DNA from: Rhodobacterales bacterium
GTDB taxonomy: Bacteria; Pseudomonadota; Alphaproteobacteria; Rhodobacterales; Rhodobacteraceae
Direction: 5' to 3'
Assembly: GCA_031409795.1 (NCBI GenBank)
Contig: JANNXX010000041.1
Location: 11,210 to 75,209 of the forward strand
Length of the DNA stretch: 64,000 nt
The stretch's first letter is position 1. Each line of letters begins with the position of its first letter. Positions 55,609 through 64,000 of this stretch are shown one piece after another. The position numbers and the translations under genes were made by a program. The notes under the pieces were generated by a model. The model did no database searches and had not been told where the DNA came from. It was given only the letters and a program-made list of their open reading frames with translations.

Positions 55609-56603
55609 CTGCCGCGGTGTCCATCCTGCAGGTGTCGCAACGCTATGGCAGCGCCACGGCGCTGGATGCCGTGACGCTTGATATCGAAGCGGGGGAGTTT
55701 GTCGTCCTCCTTGGCCCCTCGGGCTGCGGCAAGACCACGCTGCTCAACATCATCGGCGGCTTTGCCGAACCGACAGAAGGCCGCGTGCTGATCGGCGGGC
55801 GTGACATGGCAGGGGTGGCCCCGAAGGACCGGCCGACGACGACGGTGTTTCAGGATTATGCCCTCTTCCCCCACATTAGCCTGCGCGACAACGTGGCCTT
55901 CGGCCTGCGGATGCGCGGGGTTTCGCGGGCGAAACGCGCGGCGAAGGCCGACGCCATGCTGGCGTTGGTCGGCCTGGACGGGCGCAGCGACCATCGTCCG
56001 CATGAGCTGTCGGGCGGGCAGCGGCAGCGGGTGGCCCTGGCCCGAGCGCTGGCGGTGGAGCCCGAGGTTCTGCTTTTGGACGAACCGCTCGGCGCGCTGG
56101 ACCTGAAGCTGCGCCGCCAGATGCAGGACGAGCTGAAGGCGATCCAGCGCCGGGTGGGGACGACCTTTGTTCATGTGACCCATGACCAGGAGGAAGCGAT
56201 GGCCATCGCCGACCGCATCGTGGTGATGAACGCGGGGCAGGTCGAGGATTTCGCCCCCCCGCGTGAGGTGTACCTGCACCCCAAGACCCTATTTACCGCC
56301 AGTTTCATGGGCGAGGTGAACCGGGTTCCAGTGCTGGGCGGGCAAGCCCCCTTCGGCCCGGTGCCGGTGGCGGATGGCACGCTCTGCTTGCGGCCCGAAG
56401 CAATTTCCACCACGGGGACGCTGCGGCTCGGGCCATGCCGGGTGGCGGATGTGGCCTTCTTCGGCACCCATGTCCGTGCGCATGTGTCCCCACTGGCCGC
56501 GCCCGACTTGCGGCTGGTGGTGCATCTGCCGCAATCTGCGGTGCCAGAGGTCGGCGCGGTCCTGGACCTTGGGGCGGAAAGCCATGTGGTTCTGCAGGGA
56601 TGA
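55605..56603 (+). CDS. ABC transporter ATP-binding protein (PotA-like)
   Basis: [41 protein letters not shown]. Confidence 0.93.
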   Translation: MTAAVSILQVSQRYGSATALDAVTLDIEAGEFVVLLGPSGCGKTTLLNIIGGFAEPTEGRVLIGGRDMAGVAPKDRPTTTVFQDYALFPHISLRDNVAFGLRMRGVSRAKRAAKADAMLALVGLDGRSDHRPHELSGGQRQRVALARALAVEPEVLLLDEPLGALDLKLRRQMQDELKAIQRRVGTTFVHVTHDQEEAMAIADRIVVMNAGQVEDFAPPREVYLHPKTLFTASFMGEVNRVPVLGGQAPFGPVPVADGTLCLRPEAISTTGTLRLGPCRVADVAFFGTHVRAHVSPLAAPDLRLVVHLPQSAVPEVGAVLDLGAESHVVLQG

Positions 56604-57325
56604 GGGCACGGCCGGAAGACTGGTGGCGGGTGCGGTCGGTGGGCGACGGCGTCACCCATATCGACGAACCGCATATCCGCGAATTCTACCGCTGCAACGT
56701 CTGGCACGTCCGGGGGCGTGACAGCGACATGCTGGTCGACAGCGGCATGGGCGTCGTGTCCTTGCGCGACCGCGTTCCGCTGGTCACCGAACGCCCGTTG
56801 CAGGCGGTGGCCAGCCACACGCATTTCGACCACATCGGGCTGCACCACGAATTTCCCTGCCGGCTGTGCCACGGGGCAGAGGCGCATCTTCTGCGCGCAC
56901 CCACGCGGGAAAACACCTTTGCCGACAAGTATGTGACCGATGATATCTTCACCACCTTGCCGCCAGACCCCTTCACCTGCGCGACCTATGCCGTGCAAGC
57001 CGCCCCGGCCACACGGCTTCTGTGGGACGGCGATGTGGTCGATCTTGGCGACCGGCAGTTTCAGGTGATCCATACCCCTGGCCATTCCCCGGGCGGGATC
57101 GCCCTGTGGGAGGCAGCAACCGGGGTATTGTTTTCGGGCGATATCGTCTATGACGGCGAGCTGATCGAGGGCACAAGTGACCTTGAACAGGCACAGTATC
57201 TCGTGTCGATGGAGCGTCTGCTGGCCCTGCCGGTGCGGGTGGTGCATGGCGGACATTTCCCAAGTTACCCGGGCGCGCGGCACCGCGACATGATCAGCGT
57301 ATGGCTGAAAGGAAAAGGCATATGA
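56600..57325 (+). CDS. Metallo-beta-lactamase-fold hydrolase
   Basis: SHTHFDH (HxHxDH), HTPGHSPG, LFSGD, VHGGH. Confidence 0.9.
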   Translation: MRARPEDWWRVRSVGDGVTHIDEPHIREFYRCNVWHVRGRDSDMLVDSGMGVVSLRDRVPLVTERPLQAVASHTHFDHIGLHHEFPCRLCHGAEAHLLRAPTRENTFADKYVTDDIFTTLPPDPFTCATYAVQAAPATRLLWDGDVVDLGDRQFQVIHTPGHSPGGIALWEAATGVLFSGDIVYDGELIEGTSDLEQAQYLVSMERLLALPVRVVHGGHFPSYPGARHRDMISVWLKGKGI

Positions 57326-58296
57326 CCAGGTTCAACCAGCCGCTGGGCGGCAACGACATGCCGCGCTTCGGCGGGCCGGCAACGATGATGCGGCTGCCTG
57401 CGGCCACCTCGGCCAAGGGGCTGGACGTGGCCTTCATCGGCGTGCCAATGGACCACGGCACCAGCAACCGCCCCGGCACGCGGCTGGGGCCACGGCAGAT
57501 CAGGGACGAAAGCCGGATGATCCGGCCCTACAACATGGCCACCGGCGCGGCCCCCTTTGATCATCTGCAGGTCGCTGATATCGGCGATGTGGCGATCAAC
57601 ACCTTCGATCTGAAAAAGACCGTGGACATCATCACCGCCCACTACCGCGAGGTGCTTGGCCACGGCGTGATCCCCCTGACCCTTGGCGGCGACCACACCC
57701 TGACCTGGCCGATCCTGCGGGCGATCAGGGAACGGCACGGCCCGGTCGCCCTGATCCACATCGACGCGCATGCCGACATCAACGACACCATGTTCGGCGA
57801 GACGGTCGCGCACGGCTGCCCCTTCCGCCGCGCCTGGGAGGACGGCTGCCTGATCAACGACAAGGTGTTCCAGATCGGCCTGCGCGCCACCGGCTATGCG
57901 CCCGAGGATTTCGACTGGGCGCGCGGCCAGGGCTGGACGGTGGTGCAGGCCGAGGAATGCTGGCACAAATCGCTGACCGGCCTCATGGCGCAGGTCCGTG
58001 CGACGATCGGCGATGCGCCGGTCTACATCAGCTATGACATCGACAGCCTTGACCCGGCCTTTGCCCCGGGCACGGGAACAGTGGAACCAGGCGGCCTGTC
58101 CACCTGGCAGGCGCTGGAGATCATCCGGGGCTGTCAGGGGCTGAACATCGTCGGCGGCGACCTTGTCGAGGTGTCGCCGCCCTATGACCCCAGCGGCAAC
58201 ACCGCGCTGATCGGGGCGAACCTGCTGTACGAAATGCTGTGCGTCCTGCCCGGCGTGCCACAGGCACCGTCGCGCTTTTCCGGCCTGACGTTCTGA
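57322..58296 (+). CDS. Ureohydrolase (agmatinase family), guanidinobutyrase GbuA-like
   Basis: Canonical Mn ligands GGDH, DAHAD, DID; QPLGGNDMPRFGG and RPYNMATGAAPFD closely resemble Pseudomonas GbuA as I recall it. Confidence 0.88.
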   Translation: MTRFNQPLGGNDMPRFGGPATMMRLPAATSAKGLDVAFIGVPMDHGTSNRPGTRLGPRQIRDESRMIRPYNMATGAAPFDHLQVADIGDVAINTFDLKKTVDIITAHYREVLGHGVIPLTLGGDHTLTWPILRAIRERHGPVALIHIDAHADINDTMFGETVAHGCPFRRAWEDGCLINDKVFQIGLRATGYAPEDFDWARGQGWTVVQAEECWHKSLTGLMAQVRATIGDAPVYISYDIDSLDPAFAPGTGTVEPGGLSTWQALEIIRGCQGLNIVGGDLVEVSPPYDPSGNTALIGANLLYEMLCVLPGVPQAPSRFSGLTF

Positions 58297-58305
58297 GGCC
58301 CCGCC

Positions 58306-59274
58306 TCAGCCTTGCGGACTGACGCTGCAGCGCTTGATGCCGCCGGCGTCCTTCTTGCACGTCGAGACGGCGGCAGGGCTGGAACCCGTATCCGGCGCAA
58401 CGCCCGCGCCTTCGGCGGCTAAGGCGCGTTCGGCTTCGGCTGCGGCCCGCAGGTCACGGGCGCGCCGGACGGCCGCATCGGCGCGGGCGGCGCGATCGGC
58501 CTCATAGGCGGCAAGGTCCGCCTCGCCCAGCGCCGAGGCCAGCACCATCACCGGAACTTCGCCCAGCCCGGGTTGCCGGTCGATCACCGCCGCATTCAGC
58601 GCCTGCACATTCAGCGTCTCGAAGAAGGCCAGAAGCTCGGCATCCTTCAGCCGCTTGGATGCCAGCACCCGGATCTGGATCTGCGCACCGACACTGGCGC
58701 TGAAATAGCGCACGCGCATTCCGTCTCCAAGGAATTCCTCGGTCACGTCCAGCCCGCGCGCGGTGATGAAAGGCCGGCCACGGACTTCGGCCGCCTGCAT
58801 CTGCAGATCGAACCGCCTTTCGATGGCTTCAAGGCTGGCAAAGATCCGGTCCGGATGACGGGTGACCTGGAAAACCACCCGGCGTTCCCCCTTTTCGAAG
58901 GCCAGGATCGCCACGTCGGTCCCTTTCGCGGCCCGGCTGCTGCCTGCGGCCTTGACCAGGTCGATCGACGCCGGATCGCCCTTGCCGCGCGACTTGGGCA
59001 GGAAGCTGGCGATGTCGGTGTCCTGAACCGGGCGCGCCGTCCAGCCTTCGGGCGGGCGGGGCATCAGGTCTGCAAGCGGTTTGGTGGTCGATGAGGCCTG
59101 GGAAGATCCGCTCAGGCTGACAAGCCTTGCCGGGACCGCTTCGATATAGCTGCGGAAGCTTGGGGCCGTGGCTTCGCCTGCGCCTGCGGCCTGGACCGTC
59201 CGGTTGTAGTCCAGAAAAAGGATACCACCGGCGCCCGCAAGCACCAGCACCAGAAATCCCATCAGTCGCAGCAC
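58306..59274 (-). CDS. Hypothetical membrane-anchored protein
   Basis: GTG start with SD; single N-terminal TM; Ala-rich helical tail; terminal C-x6-C pair (CKKDAGGIKRC). Confidence 0.7.
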   Translation of the reverse strand: MLRLMGFLVLVLAGAGGILFLDYNRTVQAAGAGEATAPSFRSYIEAVPARLVSLSGSSQASSTTKPLADLMPRPPEGWTARPVQDTDIASFLPKSRGKGDPASIDLVKAAGSSRAAKGTDVAILAFEKGERRVVFQVTRHPDRIFASLEAIERRFDLQMQAAEVRGRPFITARGLDVTEEFLGDGMRVRYFSASVGAQIQIRVLASKRLKDAELLAFFETLNVQALNAAVIDRQPGLGEVPVMVLASALGEADLAAYEADRAARADAAVRRARDLRAAAEAERALAAEGAGVAPDTGSSPAAVSTCKKDAGGIKRCSVSPQG

Positions 59275-59353
59275 GGACCTCTCCTTCCCGGGTGAGCCAG
59301 GCCTTTGTGACGCAAGATTGGGGCAAGCTTCGGGCAGACAACGAAGATTCTTG

Positions 59354-60142
59354 TCAATTTCCGGCCTGGCCCCGCCCCGCGCTGATGGCAAAAAGCACCG
59401 CCGCCACGACGATGATCGACGGGCCGGTCGGCGTGTCCTGCCAAAGCGACAGCGCCAGGCCTCCAAGCCCGGACAGGATGCCGAAGACGACCGCCAGCAG
59501 GGCCATCGCTTCCGGCGTCCGCGCAAACCCGCGCGCGGCGGCGGCCGGGATGATCAGCATCGCCGCGACCAGAAGCGCGCCCACCACCTTCAGCGCAACC
59601 GCCACGACGATGGCAAGCGCCAGGACCAGCACCAGCCGCTCGCGGTCGGGACGCAAGCCTGCGGCATGGGCCAGGTCCTCGCTCAGCGTCGCGGTCAGCA
59701 GGGCCTGCCAGCGCCAGGCCAGCAGACCAAGCACCAGAAGCGACCCCAGCCAGACCAGCCCAAGCTCGGACCGGCTGACGGCAAGGATGTCGCCGAAAAG
59801 GTAGGCGGACAGGTCGGTCCGCACAGCCGGAAAGAAGCTGACCGCGACCAGACCGAAGGCCAGCGCCGAATGGGCCAGCACCCCAAGCGTGGTGTCCATC
59901 GCCCAGCCCCGGGCCGACAGGCCCGCCACCGTGACCGCCATCGCCAGCGCCACGACCAGCGTGCCAAGGCCGATCGGCAGGTCCGTCGCCAGCGCCAGGG
60001 CCACGCCAAGGACGGCGGCATGCGCAGTCGCGTCGCCGAAGTAAGCCATCCTGCGCCAGACGACGAAGGACCCCAGCGGTCCGGTCGCCAGGCTGAGGCC
60101 CACCGCCGCAAGGCCAGCCCGCACCAGGAAATCGTCAAGCAT
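59354..60142 (-). CDS. znuB: Zinc ABC transporter permease
   Basis: GSFVVWRRMAYFGDATAH, YLFGDILAV, ALKVVGALLV, DTPTGPSI. Confidence 0.93.
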   Translation of the reverse strand: MLDDFLVRAGLAAVGLSLATGPLGSFVVWRRMAYFGDATAHAAVLGVALALATDLPIGLGTLVVALAMAVTVAGLSARGWAMDTTLGVLAHSALAFGLVAVSFFPAVRTDLSAYLFGDILAVSRSELGLVWLGSLLVLGLLAWRWQALLTATLSEDLAHAAGLRPDRERLVLVLALAIVVAVALKVVGALLVAAMLIIPAAAARGFARTPEAMALLAVVFGILSGLGGLALSLWQDTPTGPSIIVVAAVLFAISAGRGQAGN

Positions 60143-60899
60143 GATCATGCGCATGGTCATGGTGAAGGTGATGCGCATGGCCTGCTTCGGCCGGATGGTC
60201 ATGGTCGTGTTCATGCTGGTAAAGCGCCAGCGCGCCCTGGGTGCCCAGCCCGAACAGCGCGCGGTATTCCGGCGCGTTCGACACCACGCGGGGCGTGCCT
60301 TCGCAGCAGATGTGGCCGTTCAGGCAGATCACCCGGTCCGATGCCGCCATCACCACATGCAGGTCATGGCTGACCATAAGCACGGCCGCACCCGTGTCGC
60401 GGCGGACGTCCTCGATCAGGCGGTAGAAGGCGGCCTCGCCCGGCTGGTCCAGGCCCTGGGTCGGCTCATCCAGCAGCAGGATCTGCGGCCTGCCCAGCAG
60501 CGCGCGCGCCAGCAGCACCCGCTGCAACTGCCCGCCCGACAATGCGGTCATCTGGGCGCGGCCCTGTCCGGCCATGCCCACCTGTGCAAGCGCGGCACTG
60601 GCGTCGGCATCGGCCGAGCGGACCGGCAGCGACAGGAACCTGCGGACGGTGATCGGCATCGTCCGGTCGATCTGCAGCCGCTGCGGAACATATCCGATAC
60701 TGAGACCGGCCTGCCGCAGGATCCGACCCTCGGCCACCGGCAGGATGCCCAGAAGCGCGCGCAAGAGCGTCGACTTCCCGGATCCGTTCGGCCCAAGGAT
60801 GGTCACGATCTCGCCTGCCGCGATGCCAAGGCTGACGTCGTGCAGCACTTCGACGCCGCCAATGCGGACGCAGATGTGTTCGGCCGCGATCAGGGTCAT
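60135..60899 (-). CDS. znuC: Zinc ABC transporter ATPase
   Basis: GPNGSGKS, LSGGQLQR, LNGHICCEGTP, His-rich tail. Confidence 0.93.
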   Translation of the reverse strand: MTLIAAEHICVRIGGVEVLHDVSLGIAAGEIVTILGPNGSGKSTLLRALLGILPVAEGRILRQAGLSIGYVPQRLQIDRTMPITVRRFLSLPVRSADADASAALAQVGMAGQGRAQMTALSGGQLQRVLLARALLGRPQILLLDEPTQGLDQPGEAAFYRLIEDVRRDTGAAVLMVSHDLHVVMAASDRVICLNGHICCEGTPRVVSNAPEYRALFGLGTQGALALYQHEHDHDHPAEAGHAHHLHHDHAHDHA

Positions 60900-61405
60900 G
60901 CCGCGTCCTTCCGGCAGGCGGGGCACAGGCCAAGCGCTTCGATCGTGGACCGTTCGACCACGAAGCCCAGGGCGGTCGCCGCCGTTTCAAGCGCCGTGCG
61001 GGCCGGTCCGGCGTCCGCTTCGGCCACGGTCGCGCAGACCTCGCAGATCAGGAAGGCCGGGGCATGCGCCGCGCCGGCATGGGTACAGGCGGTGAAGGCG
61101 TTCAGACGCTGGATCCGGTGCGCCAGCCCGTGATCGACCAGAAACTCCAGCGCCCGATAGGCGACCGGCGGCTGGTTGCCGAAGCCGGCCTCGGCCAGTC
61201 GGCGCAGCACCTCGTAGGCACCAAGCGCCTTGTGCTCTTCCAGCAGGATTTCCAGCACCCGGCGGCGCACCGGGGTCAATCGGGCGCCCGCAGCCTCGGC
61301 AACCGCTTCGGCGCGGGCAAGGGCATCGGTGGCGCAATGGGCGTGGTCATGCGCGGCAAAGGCCGGGTCGGTGCCATGGTCGGCAGAGGAGTGGCGGGCG
61401 GACAT
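60896..61405 (-). CDS. zur: Zinc uptake regulator (Fur family)
   Basis: HDHAHC N-terminus; RLTPVRRRVLEIL; YRALEFL; CxxC motifs (CEVC, CPAC); adjacent to znuCB. Confidence 0.92.
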   Translation of the reverse strand: MSARHSSADHGTDPAFAAHDHAHCATDALARAEAVAEAAGARLTPVRRRVLEILLEEHKALGAYEVLRRLAEAGFGNQPPVAYRALEFLVDHGLAHRIQRLNAFTACTHAGAAHAPAFLICEVCATVAEADAGPARTALETAATALGFVVERSTIEALGLCPACRKDAA

Positions 61406-61419
61406 GATCGGACTTGACC

Positions 61420-61434
61420 TGTTATGATATTACA
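61420..61434. promoter_or_regulatory. Zur box
   Basis: TGTTATGATATTACA resembles the TGTTAT-N3-ATAACA Zur consensus; lies between zur and znuA. Confidence 0.75.
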
Positions 61435-61470
61435 TTCATAGACCGGCCATAGCTTTGGAAGGCCCATCCC

Positions 61471-62451
61471 ATGCGTTATATCATAACTCTTGCCTTTGCC
61501 AGCACCCCGGTCCTTGCCGAGGTGCCCCTGGTCGTCACCGACATCCCCCCGGTACACGCGCTGGTGGCCGAGGTGATGGGCGACCTCGGCCAGCCCGCGC
61601 TTTTGCTGACCACGGGCGCTGACGAGCATGATTTCCAGTTGCGCCCCAGCCAGGCGAGAGCGGTCGCGGACGCGGACCTTGTGGTCTGGATCGGCCCCGA
61701 GTTGACACCCTGGCTTGACGCAGCCTTGCAGACGCGCCCGGAAGGGGCCGCCGCCCTGGCCTTGCTGACGGCCGAAGGCACCGAAACCCGCGCCTACGGC
61801 GAAACCGGGCACGACCATGCGGAAGAAGGCCATGACCACGCCAAGGAAGGCGAGAACCACGCCGAGGAAGGCGCAGAACATGCAAGGGAAGGCGAAGATC
61901 ACGCCGAAGACGACCACGACCATGGCCATGACGGCGCCGACCCGCATGCCTGGCTTGATCCCGGCAATGGTCGGCACTGGCTTGGCCTGATCGCGGCCGA
62001 ACTTGCGCGGCTTGACCCGGCCAACGCCGCCACCTACGCGGTCAACGCCACCGCAGCCGCCGGGCGGATCGACGCTCTGGACGCCGAGCTTGCCGCCATC
62101 CTGGCGCCGGTCGCGGGCAAGCCTCTGGTCACCTTTCACGACGCCTATGGCTATTTCGCCGGGCACTACGGGTTGACCATGGCCGGCAGCATCGCGCTGG
62201 GCGATGCCGCCTCGCCCGGGGCGCAGCGACTGAACGACCTGCGCGCCACGATGGAGGCCGGCGCAGTGCTGTGCATCTTCCCGGAGGTGCAGCACGATCC
62301 GGCGCTGGTCACCCAGATGGCCGAAGGAACCGGTGCCCGGATCGGCGCGGCGCTTGACCCGGTGGGCTCCAGCCTAAAGCCGGGACCGGATGCCTATGCC
62401 GCCCTCTTGCGCGGCATGGCCCGGACATTTGCCGACTGCCTGAAGGGCTGA
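61471..62451 (+). CDS. znuA: Zinc ABC transporter substrate-binding protein
   Basis: VVTDIPPVHAL, DEHDFQLRPS, His/Glu-rich loop, DPHAWLDP, FHDAYGYF. Confidence 0.93.
   Translation: MRYIITLAFASTPVLAEVPLVVTDIPPVHALVAEVMGDLGQPALLLTTGADEHDFQLRPSQARAVADADLVVWIGPELTPWLDAALQTRPEGAAALALLTAEGTETRAYGETGHDHAEEGHDHAKEGENHAEEGAEHAREGEDHAEDDHDHGHDGADPHAWLDPGNGRHWLGLIAAELARLDPANAATYAVNATAAAGRIDALDAELAAILAPVAGKPLVTFHDAYGYFAGHYGLTMAGSIALGDAASPGAQRLNDLRATMEAGAVLCIFPEVQHDPALVTQMAEGTGARIGAALDPVGSSLKPGPDAYAALLRGMARTFADCLKG
61475..61487. promoter_or_regulatory. Second Zur-box-like dyad inside the znuA first codons
   Basis: GTTAT-ATC-ATAAC. Confidence 0.55.
61810..61938 (+). repeat. Degenerate 21-nt tandem repeat encoding the ZnuA His-rich loop
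   Basis: About 5 units of x-(D/N/E)-H-A-(E/K/R)-E-G. Confidence 0.7.
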
Positions 62452-62455
62452 GATC

Positions 62456-62504
62456 CCGGCCCGGCTCAACCCGGCCCAACCCGGCCCCGCCCAACCCGGC
62501 CCGG
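62456..62504. repeat. Simple repeat of CCCGGCCC(AA) units between convergent genes
   Basis: cccggcccggctcaacccggcccaacccggccccgcccaacccggcccgg. Confidence 0.6.
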
Positions 62505-62509
62505 ACAGC

Positions 62510-63775
62510 TCAGCGCAACAGTGTCAGCACGTCCAGCCCGGGATAGCCGTCCGGCACCAGTCCCCGTGCTTTCTGAAGGGTCTTGATGGCGGCGATCGTC
62601 TTTGGGCCCATCCGTCCGTCAACGCCGCCGGGGTCGAACCCGGCCTTGCCCAGCAGATCCTGCAGCTCGCGCCTCTCGTCCAGGGTCAGCGCCCGCAGAT
62701 CGCGCGGCCACGGGGCGGCGATCGGCGGGCCTCCGGCGATACGGTCTGCCAGGTGGCCGATGCCGATGATATAGGCGTCGGCTGTGTTGTATCTCTCGAT
62801 CACCTGGAAATTCGGAAAGATCAGGAACGCCGCTCCCCGGTGGCCTCCGGGCAGAAGGATCGACCCCGGCCCGTGATCCGGCAGATCACCCCCGGCGGCG
62901 GTCCGCACCCCCAGCGCCTGCCAGTCCGGCACCGGCTTTACCACCCGTTCAGTCGTCTGATCGACGTCGAACCCCTTGGGCAACGTCACCTCCAGACCCC
63001 AGGGCATCCCCTTGGTCCAGCCCCAGTGCCGCAGGTAATTCGCGGTCGAAGCCAGCGCGTCGCCCGGATCATCCCCCCAAAGGTCGCGCTTGCCGTCGCC
63101 GTCGAAATCGACCGCAAAACGCTCCCAGCTGGAGGGCATGAACTGGGTGTGCCCGCTGGCCCCGGCCCAGCTGCCGGTGAAGCTGTCCACATGCCCTCCC
63201 GCGATGATCTTCAGCGCGGCGATCAGCTCGGCCTCGAAGAACGCACCCCGCCGCCCGTCATAGGCCAGCGTCGCCAGCGAGCCTGTGACCGGAAGATCGC
63301 CGCGATAGGTGCCATAGGCGCTTTCCAGCCCCCAGACCGCGGCGAGGATCTGTTTCTCGACGCCATACTCCGCCTCGATCCGCGCCAGAAGTGCGCCGTG
63401 GTCGACCAAGGCCCTGCGGCCCAGCGCCACGCGGTCCTCCGATACGGCGGTGTCAAGATAATCCCAGACCGTCTTGGTGAATTCATTCTGGTTGCGGTCA
63501 CGCTCAACGACCTTCGGGTTGAACTCGACGCCCCGCAGTGCGGCATCGAAGGTCGCGGCCGGCACCCCTGCCGCCAGCGCCCTTGGGCGGAAGTCCTGAA
63601 CCCAAGCGTCAAGCCCGGCCTGCGTGCCCATTTCGGCCTCCGTTGTCGCCGCTGCATCGGGAAGGACGCTCTGTGCGGCGACCGTGGCCGCAAGGCTTAT
63701 GGCAAGGACGGCAGCCGCCAGGATCCGTCGCAGGATCTTGCAAACTTCTTCGAAGAAATCTGTCCCGCCCGTCAT
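62510..63775 (-). CDS. Lytic murein transglycosylase (MltB/SLT_2 with a C-terminal peptidoglycan-binding domain)
   Basis: AVWGLES, GSWAGASGHTQFMPS, DALASTANYL, YN..YI; PG-binding DGRMGPKTIAAI; ATGA overlap with rnr. Confidence 0.9.
   Translation of the reverse strand: MTGGTDFFEEVCKILRRILAAAVLAISLAATVAAQSVLPDAAATTEAEMGTQAGLDAWVQDFRPRALAAGVPAATFDAALRGVEFNPKVVERDRNQNEFTKTVWDYLDTAVSEDRVALGRRALVDHGALLARIEAEYGVEKQILAAVWGLESAYGTYRGDLPVTGSLATLAYDGRRGAFFEAELIAALKIIAGGHVDSFTGSWAGASGHTQFMPSSWERFAVDFDGDGKRDLWGDDPGDALASTANYLRHWGWTKGMPWGLEVTLPKGFDVDQTTERVVKPVPDWQALGVRTAAGGDLPDHGPGSILLPGGHRGAAFLIFPNFQVIERYNTADAYIIGIGHLADRIAGGPPIAAPWPRDLRALTLDERRELQDLLGKAGFDPGGVDGRMGPKTIAAIKTLQKARGLVPDGYPGLDVLTLLR
63741..63762. 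repeat. Family-B palindrome (2 mismatches) in frame inside the transglycosylase N-terminus
   Basis: CAAACTTCTTCGAAGAAATCTG, encoding DFFEEVC on the minus strand. Confidence 0.7.
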
Positions 63776-64000
63776 TTCCGCCGCCGCACCACCCGCCGTT
63801 TTGCCGCCGCCTGAGCGGGCTTGCGTGGCTGATACCGTCCGCCCTTGCGTCCGGCAGGCTTCATTGCTGCACCCTCGACGGCCAGCAGCTCCAGGATCAG
63901 CCCGCCGGTCACCGGCACCGCCTCGGTCAACCGCACCGTCACGCGCTGCCCGATCCCCAGCACCAGCCCGCTGTCCGACCCCGTCAGCGTCTGGCTGGCC
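63772..64000 (-). CDS. rnr: Ribonuclease R, 3' end (partial, runs off the window)
   Basis: S1-domain tail ..LTGSDSGLVLGIGQRVTVRL.EAVPVTGGL..E followed by a basic Arg/Lys-rich C-terminus. Confidence 0.75.
   Translation of the reverse strand, partial: ASQTLTGSDSGLVLGIGQRVTVRLTEAVPVTGGLILELLAVEGAAMKPAGRKGGRYQPRKPAQAAAKRRVVRRRK

Noticed and set aside
57322-58296. Labelling the ureohydrolase speB (agmatinase) or a Ni-dependent guanidine/metformin hydrolase
   Set aside because: The metal ligands are canonical and the sequence resembles GbuA; the substrate cannot be fixed from sequence, so no symbol is given
1-64000. CRISPR array, tRNA/rRNA, IS transposase, integrase, prophage or defence island
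   Set aside because: No regularly spaced repeat-spacer array, cloverleaf, rRNA-like segment or recombinase/phage motif was seen; the dispersed palindromes are not arrayed

Overview
A GC-rich alphaproteobacterial chromosomal segment, most likely Rhodobacteraceae/Paracoccaceae (inferred from the porin type, the CenR-like regulator, nasTS and TIGR02302). It is mostly core genome: leuS-lptE-holA, porin, yggS, ribA, cenR, xthA, tlpA, argH, qor, lysA, pheT, znuABC-zur, a lytic transglycosylase and the 3' end of rnr. It also holds several nitrogen-scavenging modules: a YdcSTUV-PatD polyamine uptake/oxidation operon, a complete NasTS/ANTAR-controlled assimilatory nitrate operon, a GcvT-family dehydrogenase, and a second polyamine-type ABC transporter with a metallo-hydrolase and a guanidinobutyrase-like ureohydrolase. 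I found no rRNA, tRNA, CRISPR array, transposase or prophage. The most interesting signals are mostly non-coding. (1) A SorX-like sRNA in the 3' UTR of the CenR/OmpR-type regulator, whose anti-SD seed is extensively complementary to the ribosome-binding site of the polyamine-binding protein gene in this same window. (2) A BrnT toxin with a divergent BrnA-like partner inserted antisense inside the nitrate-assimilation operon. (3) At least three families of short palindromic repeats at gene junctions. Some are inserted in frame in the N-termini of LptE, NasA and the transglycosylase, and several junction inserts form short 'bridge' ORFs that overlap both the upstream stop and the downstream start codon. 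(4) An uncharacterised four-gene operon with a Tat-type FAD oxidase. All calls come from reading the sequence and from recalled family knowledge; no database search was run.
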